A stretch of DNA of 62,238 nt from Thermoplasmatales archaeon (GTDB lineage: Archaea; Thermoplasmatota; E2; DHVEG-1), in the NCBI GenBank assembly GCA_020341795.1, contig CP070836.1, positions 765,439-827,676 on the forward strand. The letters run 5' to 3'. Below are positions 18,818 through 27,389 of the stretch, one piece after another (the stretch's first letter is position 1; the number at the start of each line of letters is the position of its first letter). The translations under genes and the position numbers were made by a program. Below the pieces are notes generated by a model. That model did not search any database, was not told where the DNA came from, and worked only from the letters and a program-made list of their open reading frames with translations.

Positions 18818-19801
18818 TCACAATATAAACTCCTCGGGATCATCCGGTTTAAACATAGCAAGTAATGGTTTTGCCTCTGCATCAACTCCTGCTTTGTAAT
18901 CAAACATCTCATGTATATCCTTGGTAATTTTTTTATTTAGTTTCATAAGTGGAATATCCATTGGACATGAACGTTCACATTCTCCGCAGCTTATACAGCG
19001 ACCAGCTAGGTGGAAAGCGCGCAGTAGATTCCAAGCAGTGTTTTCAGATAAATTAACTGATCTGCGAACCCATTGAGGATCTAAAATTTCAACCATACAT
19101 TCTTTACAATAGCACATTGGACAAGCTTGCCGACATGCATAACATCTAATACATTTATCAAATTCTTTTTCCCAGTTTTTCCATTTATCATCAAGTGATT
19201 TTTTCTCAAAGCCTTCGATTTCTTTATAATCTGGTTTTTTTACTCCTTTGATTTCCTTACCTATCAGTATATCATGTATAATTGGAGTTGGATACTCACA
19301 TTCCTTACACTTTTCAGGCATTAGTTCATCTTTTGAAAACTTCTGTGTTTTTCCATCAACCGTAACTGCAAATTTATCGTTGTCATATTTTACCTCAACA
19401 CTTTTATGCTGTCCTGGAAACTTTACTTTTAGCTTCTTTGGGTCTATAACACCTGTACATGGAATACCTATGATTACTACGTCTTCTCTTTTCAAACCTT
19501 TTTCCTGAATAATCTGTACAATAGCTCTTGAATCACATCCCTTAAGTACGATTCCGATCTTTCTTGTATCTGGCTCTTCACCCTTGCGAAGTGGAGGCTT
19601 ATCTTCAAGCATAGGGTATACTGCCAAATTATTTACACAAGTTGGATTAAAAACAAATTTTTCAGCATCTTTTTCTTCATATGCAAACGTTGGTGCAGCC
19701 TGAAATCCAGTGGTACCTTTGTCATATCCAACTACATATTTTACATCCTTGCGTCCAACAGTTTTTTTTACTGCATCGCGAAGGGTTTTTTCATCTACCA
19801 T
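18818..19801 (-). CDS. Iron-sulfur subunit (FlxC-like, 2x[4Fe-4S])
   Basis: CIRCYACRQACPMCYC and CISCGECERSCP motifs. It sits between the MvhD-like and FlxB-like genes. Confidence 0.65.
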   Translation of the reverse strand: MVDEKTLRDAVKKTVGRKDVKYVVGYDKGTTGFQAAPTFAYEEKDAEKFVFNPTCVNNLAVYPMLEDKPPLRKGEEPDTRKIGIVLKGCDSRAIVQIIQEKGLKREDVVIIGIPCTGVIDPKKLKVKFPGQHKSVEVKYDNDKFAVTVDGKTQKFSKDELMPEKCKECEYPTPIIHDILIGKEIKGVKKPDYKEIEGFEKKSLDDKWKNWEKEFDKCIRCYACRQACPMCYCKECMVEILDPQWVRRSVNLSENTAWNLLRAFHLAGRCISCGECERSCPMDIPLMKLNKKITKDIHEMFDYKAGVDAEAKPLLAMFKPDDPEEFIL

Positions 19802-20223
19802 TTATTCTCCCTCCTGAAATGCTGCATTGGACCTAATTTTCGTATATCTTCTGTTACTTCTTTTACTACCTCTGCAAATTTGTGTCCTTCAGCTGCAGAT
19901 ACCCATGTCATCCTAACTCGATTAGAATCTATACCTGTGTATTCAAGTAGATTTTTTAAAACAGCCATTCTCCGTCTTGCAAGATAATTACCACGTTCAT
20001 AATGACAATCACCAGGGTGGCAACCACCAATTAGTACACCATCTGCACCTTGTTGTAACGCGTTTATAACAAATATTGGATTTACACGTCCTGAGCACAT
20101 AACCCGGATTACTTTTAGATTCGGTGGATATTGTATCCTACTAGTACCAGCCAAATCAGCTCCAGCATATGAACACCAATTACATAAAAATCCAATTATG
20201 TTTGGTTCAAATTTTTCCTTCAT
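19795..20223 (-). CDS. mvhD: MvhD/FlxD-type [2Fe-2S] adaptor protein
   Basis: FLCNWCSYAGADLAG, MCSGRV and GGCHPGDCHY motifs. Very similar to the ORF at 22660-23094. Confidence 0.85.
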   Translation of the reverse strand: MKEKFEPNIIGFLCNWCSYAGADLAGTSRIQYPPNLKVIRVMCSGRVNPIFVINALQQGADGVLIGGCHPGDCHYERGNYLARRRMAVLKNLLEYTGIDSNRVRMTWVSAAEGHKFAEVVKEVTEDIRKLGPMQHFRRENKW

Positions 20224-20225
20224 AC

Positions 20226-21239
20226 TTAGCCTCCAATTTTTCTTTTTTCAATTTTTTTTATCGGACCTATTTTATCCAATTCTTTAACATAATCATCAAT
20301 TGCCTTCGATAGTTTTGCTGATTCCCCTGTTGAAAACCATTCTAGTCTAATTCGTTTTGGATCTATACCTAATTCCTTTATGACGTTCTTAAGAAGTACA
20401 AGTCGTCTTCTCGTCTTATAGTTACCATCATGGTCACATTCCTCAGGGGGACATCCAGCGACCATAACACCCCATGCACCTTCTTCAATGGCATCTAAAA
20501 CAAGTTCTGGTGCAACTCGACCAGAGCACATACTAACAATTATTCCATAAGGTGTTTTAACCAAAGATGGTGATTCACTAAGTTGCATACCTGGAAAAAC
20601 TGACCAGTTACATGCAAAGACGATAAGCTTTTTTTTGTCTTCTTTGATTATTTCTTTAACTTTATTATGAAGTTCTGGCAGTGTTATTTCGCATCCTTCT
20701 TTTTGAGAAATGGCACCGGTTGGGCATGCTGCCATGCATAAACCACAGCCTCTGCATTCAATTTTATCAACGGTCATTTTTTCTTTTCCTTCTTTGTCTT
20801 TTTTCACTTCAAGGGCCTCATATTTACAAATAGATTCACAAATGTGACAAATTGAGCAGAGATCTTCATCAATTTTAGCAATTGTTCCTTCGACGTCGAA
20901 TCCTTGTTCTATTAAATCCGCTCTAGCATCTGTAAGAATATCTGTTATGGGTACTCCTGCTGAACAGTTATCACTGCAGTTTTTACAATAAAAACATTGG
21001 AATATCTTATCAACAATTTTCTGAGTGGGTTTTATTTCACCAGTAATCATTCCATAGATTAGAAGTAATTTCCCACGAGGTGTATCTGATTCCCAATAAA
21101 AGGATTTAAAAAGTGGACAAAGCTCATAACAGTAACCACATCGAATGCATTTGTTTAGTTCCTGTTCATATTTTCTTGATCTTTTGAAATCACCATTTCC
21201 TTTAAAATAAAATAATTTACCTAAAATTCCCATAATCAC
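20226..21239 (-). CDS. Fusion protein: GlcF/HdrC-like N-terminal FeS domain + 2x[4Fe-4S] ferredoxin + MvhD-like domain
   Basis: CIRCGYCYELCP...DTPRGK...CFYCKNCSDNC (GlcF-N-like), then CSICHICESIC and CRGCGLCMAACP (ferredoxin). Residues about 203-337 read FACNWS...MCSGRV...AGCPPEECDH (MvhD-like). No CCG motifs. Confidence 0.75.
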   Translation of the reverse strand: MIMGILGKLFYFKGNGDFKRSRKYEQELNKCIRCGYCYELCPLFKSFYWESDTPRGKLLLIYGMITGEIKPTQKIVDKIFQCFYCKNCSDNCSAGVPITDILTDARADLIEQGFDVEGTIAKIDEDLCSICHICESICKYEALEVKKDKEGKEKMTVDKIECRGCGLCMAACPTGAISQKEGCEITLPELHNKVKEIIKEDKKKLIVFACNWSVFPGMQLSESPSLVKTPYGIIVSMCSGRVAPELVLDAIEEGAWGVMVAGCPPEECDHDGNYKTRRRLVLLKNVIKELGIDPKRIRLEWFSTGESAKLSKAIDDYVKELDKIGPIKKIEKRKIGG

Positions 21240-22663
21240 CCCACCTTGTATCTAAGATTTGTAGCTTGAACCCAGTTATCTGGTGCATCCATAATCTTAT
21301 GAGGATTCAATATATTGTTTGGATCAAGTGCCCGTTTTACTTTTCTCATAACTGGTATTATATCACTACGTGCTTTTTTCCATGGTGGTGCTTTTGAAAG
21401 CCCTATTCCATGTTCTGCTGAAGTTACACCGCCAACAGAATGAATATAATCATATAATTCATCAATTACTTTCTCTGCATCCTCCCATTGACTCTTCTTT
21501 TTTGAATCAAGCATAATTTTTGTATGAATTACGCCAGAGCCACAATGACCATATACTGCCATTATTACATTGTTGCGTTCTGCTATCTCATGGATTTTCT
21601 CTGCAGCCTCTGCAATCTTTGAATTAGGAACACCCATATCATCTGCAAGATCGGTGCAAATAATTCCTTCCTTATAGCGTGATAGAGAAGCAAAAAGTTT
21701 TTTTCTTCCACTAAATAGTTTTGTTCTTTCTGCTAAATCATAGCTTTTCTTGATATCTTTACCATTGTATTTTTTACAGATTTTCTTCATTTTTTCAATT
21801 TCAAAATCGACTGCTTCTTTTACATTTCCATCAGCTTCAAATAAAATAATTGCTCCTACCTCTTTGAGTCCAAGATTCATTGCTTTGTTTACAGCAACAA
21901 TCCCAATTTTATCCATTAATTCTAACATTGAAGGTTCACAGCCACTTGAGATAATGTCTGAAATTGCATTACCAGCATCCTCAAGTTTATCAAAATTTGC
22001 CACAGCTAAGCATCTAAATTTGGGTATAGGTCTGATTCCCATAGTTGCTTCAACAACAATACCTAAAGTTCCTTCAGATCCAACGATTAATCTTTCAAGT
22101 TGATAGCCTGAGGAGTGAACACGTGTATTACTACCAAGGTTTACTAGATCACCATTTGCAAGTACGACTTTCATACCATATACATAATCTCGGGTAGCAC
22201 CATATTTAACTGATCTAACACCTGATGCATTAGCTGCAATTTCCCCGCCAATTGTAGCAATTCTACTTGATGCAGGAGCAGGTGGATAGAATAGACCCAT
22301 AGGTTTTAATGCGCGGTTAAGGTCATCATCAACAACACCAGGTTCAACCTTTACTAGCATATCTTCAGGTCGAATATCTAAAATACGATTCATTTTTTTC
22401 ATATCTAGAATAATTCCACCATCGATTGGAACGGTATGACCTGATGTTCCAGACCCTGCACCTCTAGCGATTATAGGAGTTTTACTGGAGTTTGCATATC
22501 TCATGATTTTTTGTACTTGTTCAATTGTTTGTGGTCGAACTATTGCTGTTGGCATTGCATGATGAACTGATGCATCTGATGCATATACATATAAATCAGC
22601 TATATCATCTGAAACATTTTCTTTTCCAACTATTTTTTTTAACTTTTCTATATCAATCTTCAT
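21236..22663 (-). CDS. glcD: FAD-linked oxidase (GlcD / D-lactate dehydrogenase family)
   Basis: 475 aa. ARGAGSGTSG FAD-binding (PCMH-type) motif and C-terminal SAEHGIG...LDPNNILNP motif typical of GlcD/Dld. Confidence 0.85.
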   Translation of the reverse strand: MKIDIEKLKKIVGKENVSDDIADLYVYASDASVHHAMPTAIVRPQTIEQVQKIMRYANSSKTPIIARGAGSGTSGHTVPIDGGIILDMKKMNRILDIRPEDMLVKVEPGVVDDDLNRALKPMGLFYPPAPASSRIATIGGEIAANASGVRSVKYGATRDYVYGMKVVLANGDLVNLGSNTRVHSSGYQLERLIVGSEGTLGIVVEATMGIRPIPKFRCLAVANFDKLEDAGNAISDIISSGCEPSMLELMDKIGIVAVNKAMNLGLKEVGAIILFEADGNVKEAVDFEIEKMKKICKKYNGKDIKKSYDLAERTKLFSGRKKLFASLSRYKEGIICTDLADDMGVPNSKIAEAAEKIHEIAERNNVIMAVYGHCGSGVIHTKIMLDSKKKSQWEDAEKVIDELYDYIHSVGGVTSAEHGIGLSKAPPWKKARSDIIPVMRKVKRALDPNNILNPHKIMDAPDNWVQATNLRYKVG

Positions 22664-23094
22664 TTTTTCACTTCTTTTAACGGGTTTGGACCGATTTTTT
22701 TAAGTTGATCAACAAACTCTGTAGCAACCGATGCAAATTTTGCTCCCTCAGAAGCAGAGATATACTCAAAACGTAGTCGTCCAGGATCAATAGCTAATTC
22801 TTCTAGGAGTTTTTTCAAAAGTTTCATTCTTCTATTAGCTTTATAATTTCCAGACTGGTAATGACAATCACCAGGGTGGCAACCACCAATTAGTACTCCA
22901 TCAGCACCTTTTCGTAAAGCCTCTAAAACAAATACAGGATCAACACGCCCTGAGCACATAACACGTATTGATTTTATATTTGGTGGATATTTCATCCTAC
23001 TGGTACCTGCCAAATCAGCTCCAGCATATGAACACCAATTACATAAAAACCCGATTATGTTTGGTTCAAATTCTTTTGCCATATCCTTTTTCAC
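22660..23094 (-). CDS. mvhD: Methyl-viologen-reducing hydrogenase delta subunit
   Basis: FLCNWCSYAGADLAG, MCSGRVDP and GGCHPGDCHY motifs. Located immediately downstream of mvhG-mvhA-protease. Confidence 0.85.
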   Translation of the reverse strand: MKKDMAKEFEPNIIGFLCNWCSYAGADLAGTSRMKYPPNIKSIRVMCSGRVDPVFVLEALRKGADGVLIGGCHPGDCHYQSGNYKANRRMKLLKKLLEELAIDPGRLRFEYISASEGAKFASVATEFVDQLKKIGPNPLKEVKK

Positions 23095-23095
23095 C

Positions 23096-23572
23096 TCAAC
23101 TCGAAATTTTTAAATTATTTTTTATTTCTTTAAGCGTCATTTTCACTGCTTTTGGTACTGCAGCAGCTATTTTAGGGCTTAGTTCCTCCCCAAAAATATA
23201 CGGAATTTTCCTTAGCACAATTCCAATTATTACAACCTCACGAGGGATTTTTTCTTCACCAAGACATTTTGCAAGTTTTATTGCTTCAACAAGTGAAACA
23301 TCATGCGGATTGTCAGAATGATAAGATGATAAATCAGAAAGAAGTAAGCGTTTTACTTCGCCATCTTTTGCCCCTCTAATATTTACTGCGTCGATTAATA
23401 TTGCTTTATCATAACCTACTATTAAATCTAGTAGATTCATACCACCTGTTTGGGCTTCATCTATGGTTATATCTGGATTTTTTACATATTGCTTTAATTG
23501 ATTTGCAACATGTATTCCTACTCCATCATCCTGTAGTATAGGATTTCCTATCCCGAGTACTATTGTTTTCAT
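23096..23572 (-). CDS. [NiFe] hydrogenase maturation endopeptidase
   Basis: MKTIVLGIGNPILQDDGVG N-terminus typical of HycI/HybD/FrhD-type proteases; 158 aa. Confidence 0.85.
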   Translation of the reverse strand: MKTIVLGIGNPILQDDGVGIHVANQLKQYVKNPDITIDEAQTGGMNLLDLIVGYDKAILIDAVNIRGAKDGEVKRLLLSDLSSYHSDNPHDVSLVEAIKLAKCLGEEKIPREVVIIGIVLRKIPYIFGEELSPKIAAAVPKAVKMTLKEIKNNLKISS

Positions 23573-23583
23573 TTTTTTTCCTT

Positions 23584-25044
23584 TTACATATTTTGTCTTA
23601 GTGTTTTGTATAATTTTTTATTATAATCATATATTTTTACTTCCATAGGCATTTGACCTGGAAGTGTATGTGTTGCACATCCGAAACATGGATCATATGC
23701 TCGAAATGCCATCTCAACCATGTTTAGGAGTCCATCGTTGACTTTTCCACCTTTGATAAGTCCTTTTGCAGCGTTTCTAATTGACATGTTTATTGCCCCT
23801 GCATTGTTAACAGTTGCAACGATAAGGTTTGCTTTGTCGATTAATCCTTTTTTATCAAGTTTATAATGATGAATAAGTGTTCCACGACAGGCTTCAACAA
23901 CTCCATATCCTTCTCCTGGTTCACCAACAGGATTTTTTATTTTATCTGATGTTATTTCAGGGTCTTTAATTAGTTCAAGTGTTCTCTCTGTTGCATATAA
24001 AAGTTCAACTAGTCGAGCCCAATGAAATGCTAGTGTACTATTTACAGGTCTTCCACCTAGTGTTTCATATAACCTTTTGTATTCTTTATCAGCAAGTGGT
24101 GTTGCCATTCCATCTGCAGCATTTAGTCTTCCAAGTGGTCCTACACGATAAAGTCCACTATCCTTTCCATCGACATAACCCTTCCATCCTATTTTTTTAA
24201 GAAATGGAAATTTTATATAGCTCCATTCTTCAACGTGTTCACCAATGTTTTTGTAATAATCTTTCACATCGAATTTAGTAAATTCTTTTCCTTTTTGATC
24301 TGTAACTCGTATTTTTCCATCATAAAAGTTTACCTTGTTGTTTTTATCAACTAGTCCCATGTTGTAGGTTGCAAGTTGATAAGGATCGCTTAATATTACG
24401 TCAACATAGTCTTTGTTTTTTAGAACTATGTCATCAAACAGTTTTAGTGTAAATTGTGCAAAATCCCTGCAGGATTTAGCCATTGTTTCAATATCTTTTA
24501 CCTCATCTTTATTAAGACCTTTTGAAACACCACCTGGTAGTCCACATACTGGATGTGTTGCTTTTCCTCCAAGTATTGCTGTAATTTTTTGACCATATGC
24601 TCGGTGTTTTATGACTTCTTTACCAATTTCTACTCCTGCTTTTTCTATTACCCCTAGAACATTTCTTTTTGCAGCAGGTGCATCAGGACCTACTACAAAG
24701 TCTGGCCCACCAAGGTAATAAAAATGAAGTGTGTGATCATAGATGTAATAACCTACATACATTAACTCTCGAAGTTTCTTTGCAGATGATGGTGGATCAA
24801 CGTTAAATGCATCATCAAGAGCTTTTGTAGCTGCAAAGTGATGTGCTACTGGGCAAACCCCACAAATACGAGATGTAATTTGCGGCATATCTTCAGCACG
24901 TCTGCCTTGCGAAAATCTCTCAAAACCTCTAAGTTCAGGTATCTGCATATATGCATTTGCTACATCGCCTTTTCCATCAAGGAAAATAGCTATTTTTCCG
25001 TGACCTTCGAGTCTAGTTATTGGGTCTATTAAAATTTGTTTCAT
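23584..25044 (-). CDS. mvhA: [NiFe] hydrogenase large subunit, F420-non-reducing (group 3c, MvhA-like)
   Basis: N-terminal RLEGHG and RICGVCPVAHH motifs. C-terminal DPCFGCATH Ni-binding/cleavage motif with a 27-aa tail. Confidence 0.9.
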   Translation of the reverse strand: MKQILIDPITRLEGHGKIAIFLDGKGDVANAYMQIPELRGFERFSQGRRAEDMPQITSRICGVCPVAHHFAATKALDDAFNVDPPSSAKKLRELMYVGYYIYDHTLHFYYLGGPDFVVGPDAPAAKRNVLGVIEKAGVEIGKEVIKHRAYGQKITAILGGKATHPVCGLPGGVSKGLNKDEVKDIETMAKSCRDFAQFTLKLFDDIVLKNKDYVDVILSDPYQLATYNMGLVDKNNKVNFYDGKIRVTDQKGKEFTKFDVKDYYKNIGEHVEEWSYIKFPFLKKIGWKGYVDGKDSGLYRVGPLGRLNAADGMATPLADKEYKRLYETLGGRPVNSTLAFHWARLVELLYATERTLELIKDPEITSDKIKNPVGEPGEGYGVVEACRGTLIHHYKLDKKGLIDKANLIVATVNNAGAINMSIRNAAKGLIKGGKVNDGLLNMVEMAFRAYDPCFGCATHTLPGQMPMEVKIYDYNKKLYKTLRQNM

Positions 25045-26042
25045 TTATCTAACCTCCTATTTATTAAAGCAGCTGGTAAACCATATTTGTAAAAGGTACC
25101 AACTGGGTCGACTATTTGATCGATTAATTTTTCAACTTCTGCATCACTCATATTTTCTTCTCCATCAATTCCAATTACTGATGCAAGTGCAGAAATCATT
25201 TTAGCTCCTTGATCTAGTGCATTTGGTGTTGGACCACCGCATCCTGTACATGGCATATTTGCATCAAGACATCTTGCCTCACAGCTTCCACGGGTAGCAG
25301 GGCCCATACAGATAATTCCTTGTTCAAGAAGACATTTATCTTCTATCTTGTCGACCTCATAGATTCGTTTTATTTCTTTGATTCTTTTTTCTGATTTTTC
25401 AAATCTGCATTCATCACATACTGATTTCAAAGGACCAATCACACTGCCTTTTGGCGGTAGTTTTCCTTCAACAATTGCACCAACAGCGGTCATAATAAGA
25501 TCAGGAGTTGGCGGACAACCTGGTAAGTAATAATCGACATCTATTACCTGGTCAAGCTTACTAACTGATTCATAAAACTCAGGAAGAGTAAGGGTACCTT
25601 CTTTAACTTTAACATTTGTTTTTGGAACAACTTTCTTTGGATTATCAATCGAAGGATTGTTCTTATAAACAACGTCAAAGATTTCCTCCTTATTTGTAAC
25701 ATTTGCAAGTCCAGGTATTCCACCAAGGACTGCACATGCTCCAAATGCTACCATTACCTTTGATTTCTTTCGAAGTAGTTTTGCAATATGTTCCTGTTCG
25801 GAATTACGAATACCACCATTGAAGAAACATACATCAATTTGGTTATCCTTCATCGCTTCAACGTCTTTGTATTTAAAATCCATCGCAACTGGCCAAAATA
25901 ATATATCAGCTACAGCTACAACATCTAGAACTTTTTCATCAATGTCTAGAACAGCTATTTCACATCCACCACAACTTGCCGCCCAGTAAAATGCAAGTTG
26001 TAGTTTTTTCTTATCTTTTTTCTCTTTTTTCTCCTTACTCAT
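25041..26042 (-). CDS. mvhG: [NiFe] hydrogenase small subunit (MvhG-like)
   Basis: WAASCGGCEIA proximal cluster motif and further Cys clusters (CDEC, CMGPATRGSC, CTGCGGP). 4-nt overlap with mvhA. Confidence 0.85.
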   Translation of the reverse strand: MSKEKKEKKDKKKLQLAFYWAASCGGCEIAVLDIDEKVLDVVAVADILFWPVAMDFKYKDVEAMKDNQIDVCFFNGGIRNSEQEHIAKLLRKKSKVMVAFGACAVLGGIPGLANVTNKEEIFDVVYKNNPSIDNPKKVVPKTNVKVKEGTLTLPEFYESVSKLDQVIDVDYYLPGCPPTPDLIMTAVGAIVEGKLPPKGSVIGPLKSVCDECRFEKSEKRIKEIKRIYEVDKIEDKCLLEQGIICMGPATRGSCEARCLDANMPCTGCGGPTPNALDQGAKMISALASVIGIDGEENMSDAEVEKLIDQIVDPVGTFYKYGLPAALINRRLDK

Positions 26043-26076
26043 ATAATCACCAATTTCTATTCGATTTTAATCTATT

Positions 26077-26958
26077 TTATTTTTCAAATACCCCCTTTTT
26101 CTTTAACAAAAGGACTGGATCCACAACATGTTCCTCAAACCCATAAAATTTTGGATCCAAACCCAACGCAACAGCTATAAGTTGGGTGTAATAGTAAACC
26201 GGAAGTTGTTTATAATTATTAAAAATTTTTTCTGCTTCTTTTCCACGTACATCAAGATTAAACCGACACAATGGACAAGAAAGCATTATAGCATCACTAC
26301 CACGGTCAATTGCATAATTTGTAATTTTATGCGCTCTATTTGAGACAAGTGTTTTCTCCTCAATTGTATGATAAGAACCGCAACATTCAATCTTAAATGG
26401 ATTATCAATAACCTCAGCACCAAGAGCTTTCAAAAGATCCTGCATTATTGTTGGTTCCTCAGCATCATCAATGGCAACTTCACGAGGTCTAAGCATCATA
26501 CATCCATAGTATGGCATTATTTTCATGCCTTTTAGAGGATTTTTAACCATTTTTTTAAGAACTGTGAAACTTACCTCGTCACGAAGGAACTCCAGGAAAT
26601 GCATAATTTTTATTGTACCTTTATAGTCATTTTCTCGATCCATGAATGAATTTAGTGTTTCAAGGTCATCAGGTATGTCTTTGACACGTTGATTTGTCTG
26701 TTTTAAAGTATTACAGCACATATCACATAGCGTGACTATTGTTTCTTCACCTTGATCTTCAGCATATACCAGGTTTCTAAGTGGTGCTAGATGATGCATT
26801 AGATCATCATCAGTCAATGATGCAACTACACCGCAGCATGTCCAATCCTCCATCTCAACCATTTCATGACCTAGTTTTTCAGCTATTGCAAACGCTGATT
26901 TCTCAAGGTTTTTTGCAGATGTCTTGAGTGTACAACCGGGGTAGTATAATAGTTTCAT
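26077..26958 (-). CDS. hdrB: Heterodisulfide reductase subunit B (two CCG domains)
   Basis: YYPGC...CCGV and YYGC...CCGS motifs (CCG domains); 293 aa. Confidence 0.85.
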   Translation of the reverse strand: MKLLYYPGCTLKTSAKNLEKSAFAIAEKLGHEMVEMEDWTCCGVVASLTDDDLMHHLAPLRNLVYAEDQGEETIVTLCDMCCNTLKQTNQRVKDIPDDLETLNSFMDRENDYKGTIKIMHFLEFLRDEVSFTVLKKMVKNPLKGMKIMPYYGCMMLRPREVAIDDAEEPTIMQDLLKALGAEVIDNPFKIECCGSYHTIEEKTLVSNRAHKITNYAIDRGSDAIMLSCPLCRFNLDVRGKEAEKIFNNYKQLPVYYYTQLIAVALGLDPKFYGFEEHVVDPVLLLKKKGVFEK

Positions 26959-26963
26959 AATAT

Positions 26964-27389
26964 TTAACCTACATTTTTCCTAAATAGGCTTACAAATGCC
27001 ATTTGAGGAATTGTTTCTTTTTCATCTTTTGTTATATTCTTTATATTTGTTCTATCAATTTTTTTCCTAAGAATTATCTGCCTAAGAGCCTCCATAATTT
27101 TAGTAATGTTAATATCACGTGGGCATCGCTCAGCACATGTAAAACATGAAGAGCATAACCATATTGTTTTTGAGTTTAGCACTTCTTTTCTATCAAGTAT
27201 TATATATCTTATTACTTCATCAGGTGAAAGATCCATCTCATCAACAAAGGGACAACCAGCTGAACATGTACCACACTGGTAACAGCCAAAAAGGTTTTCT
27301 CCACAGAGCTCCTCTACCTCCGTGAGTAGCTCGCCTTTTTTAAGCTGAATAGTGTTTAAATTTAAATTTCCTTGTAGTTTCTTACTCAT
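26964..27389 (-). CDS. hdrC: Heterodisulfide reductase subunit C
   Basis: CYQCGTCSAGCP and CSSCFTCAERCP motifs; 141 aa. 4-nt overlap with the upstream tandem hdrA. Confidence 0.85.
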   Translation of the reverse strand: MSKKLQGNLNLNTIQLKKGELLTEVEELCGENLFGCYQCGTCSAGCPFVDEMDLSPDEVIRYIILDRKEVLNSKTIWLCSSCFTCAERCPRDINITKIMEALRQIILRKKIDRTNIKNITKDEKETIPQMAFVSLFRKNVG

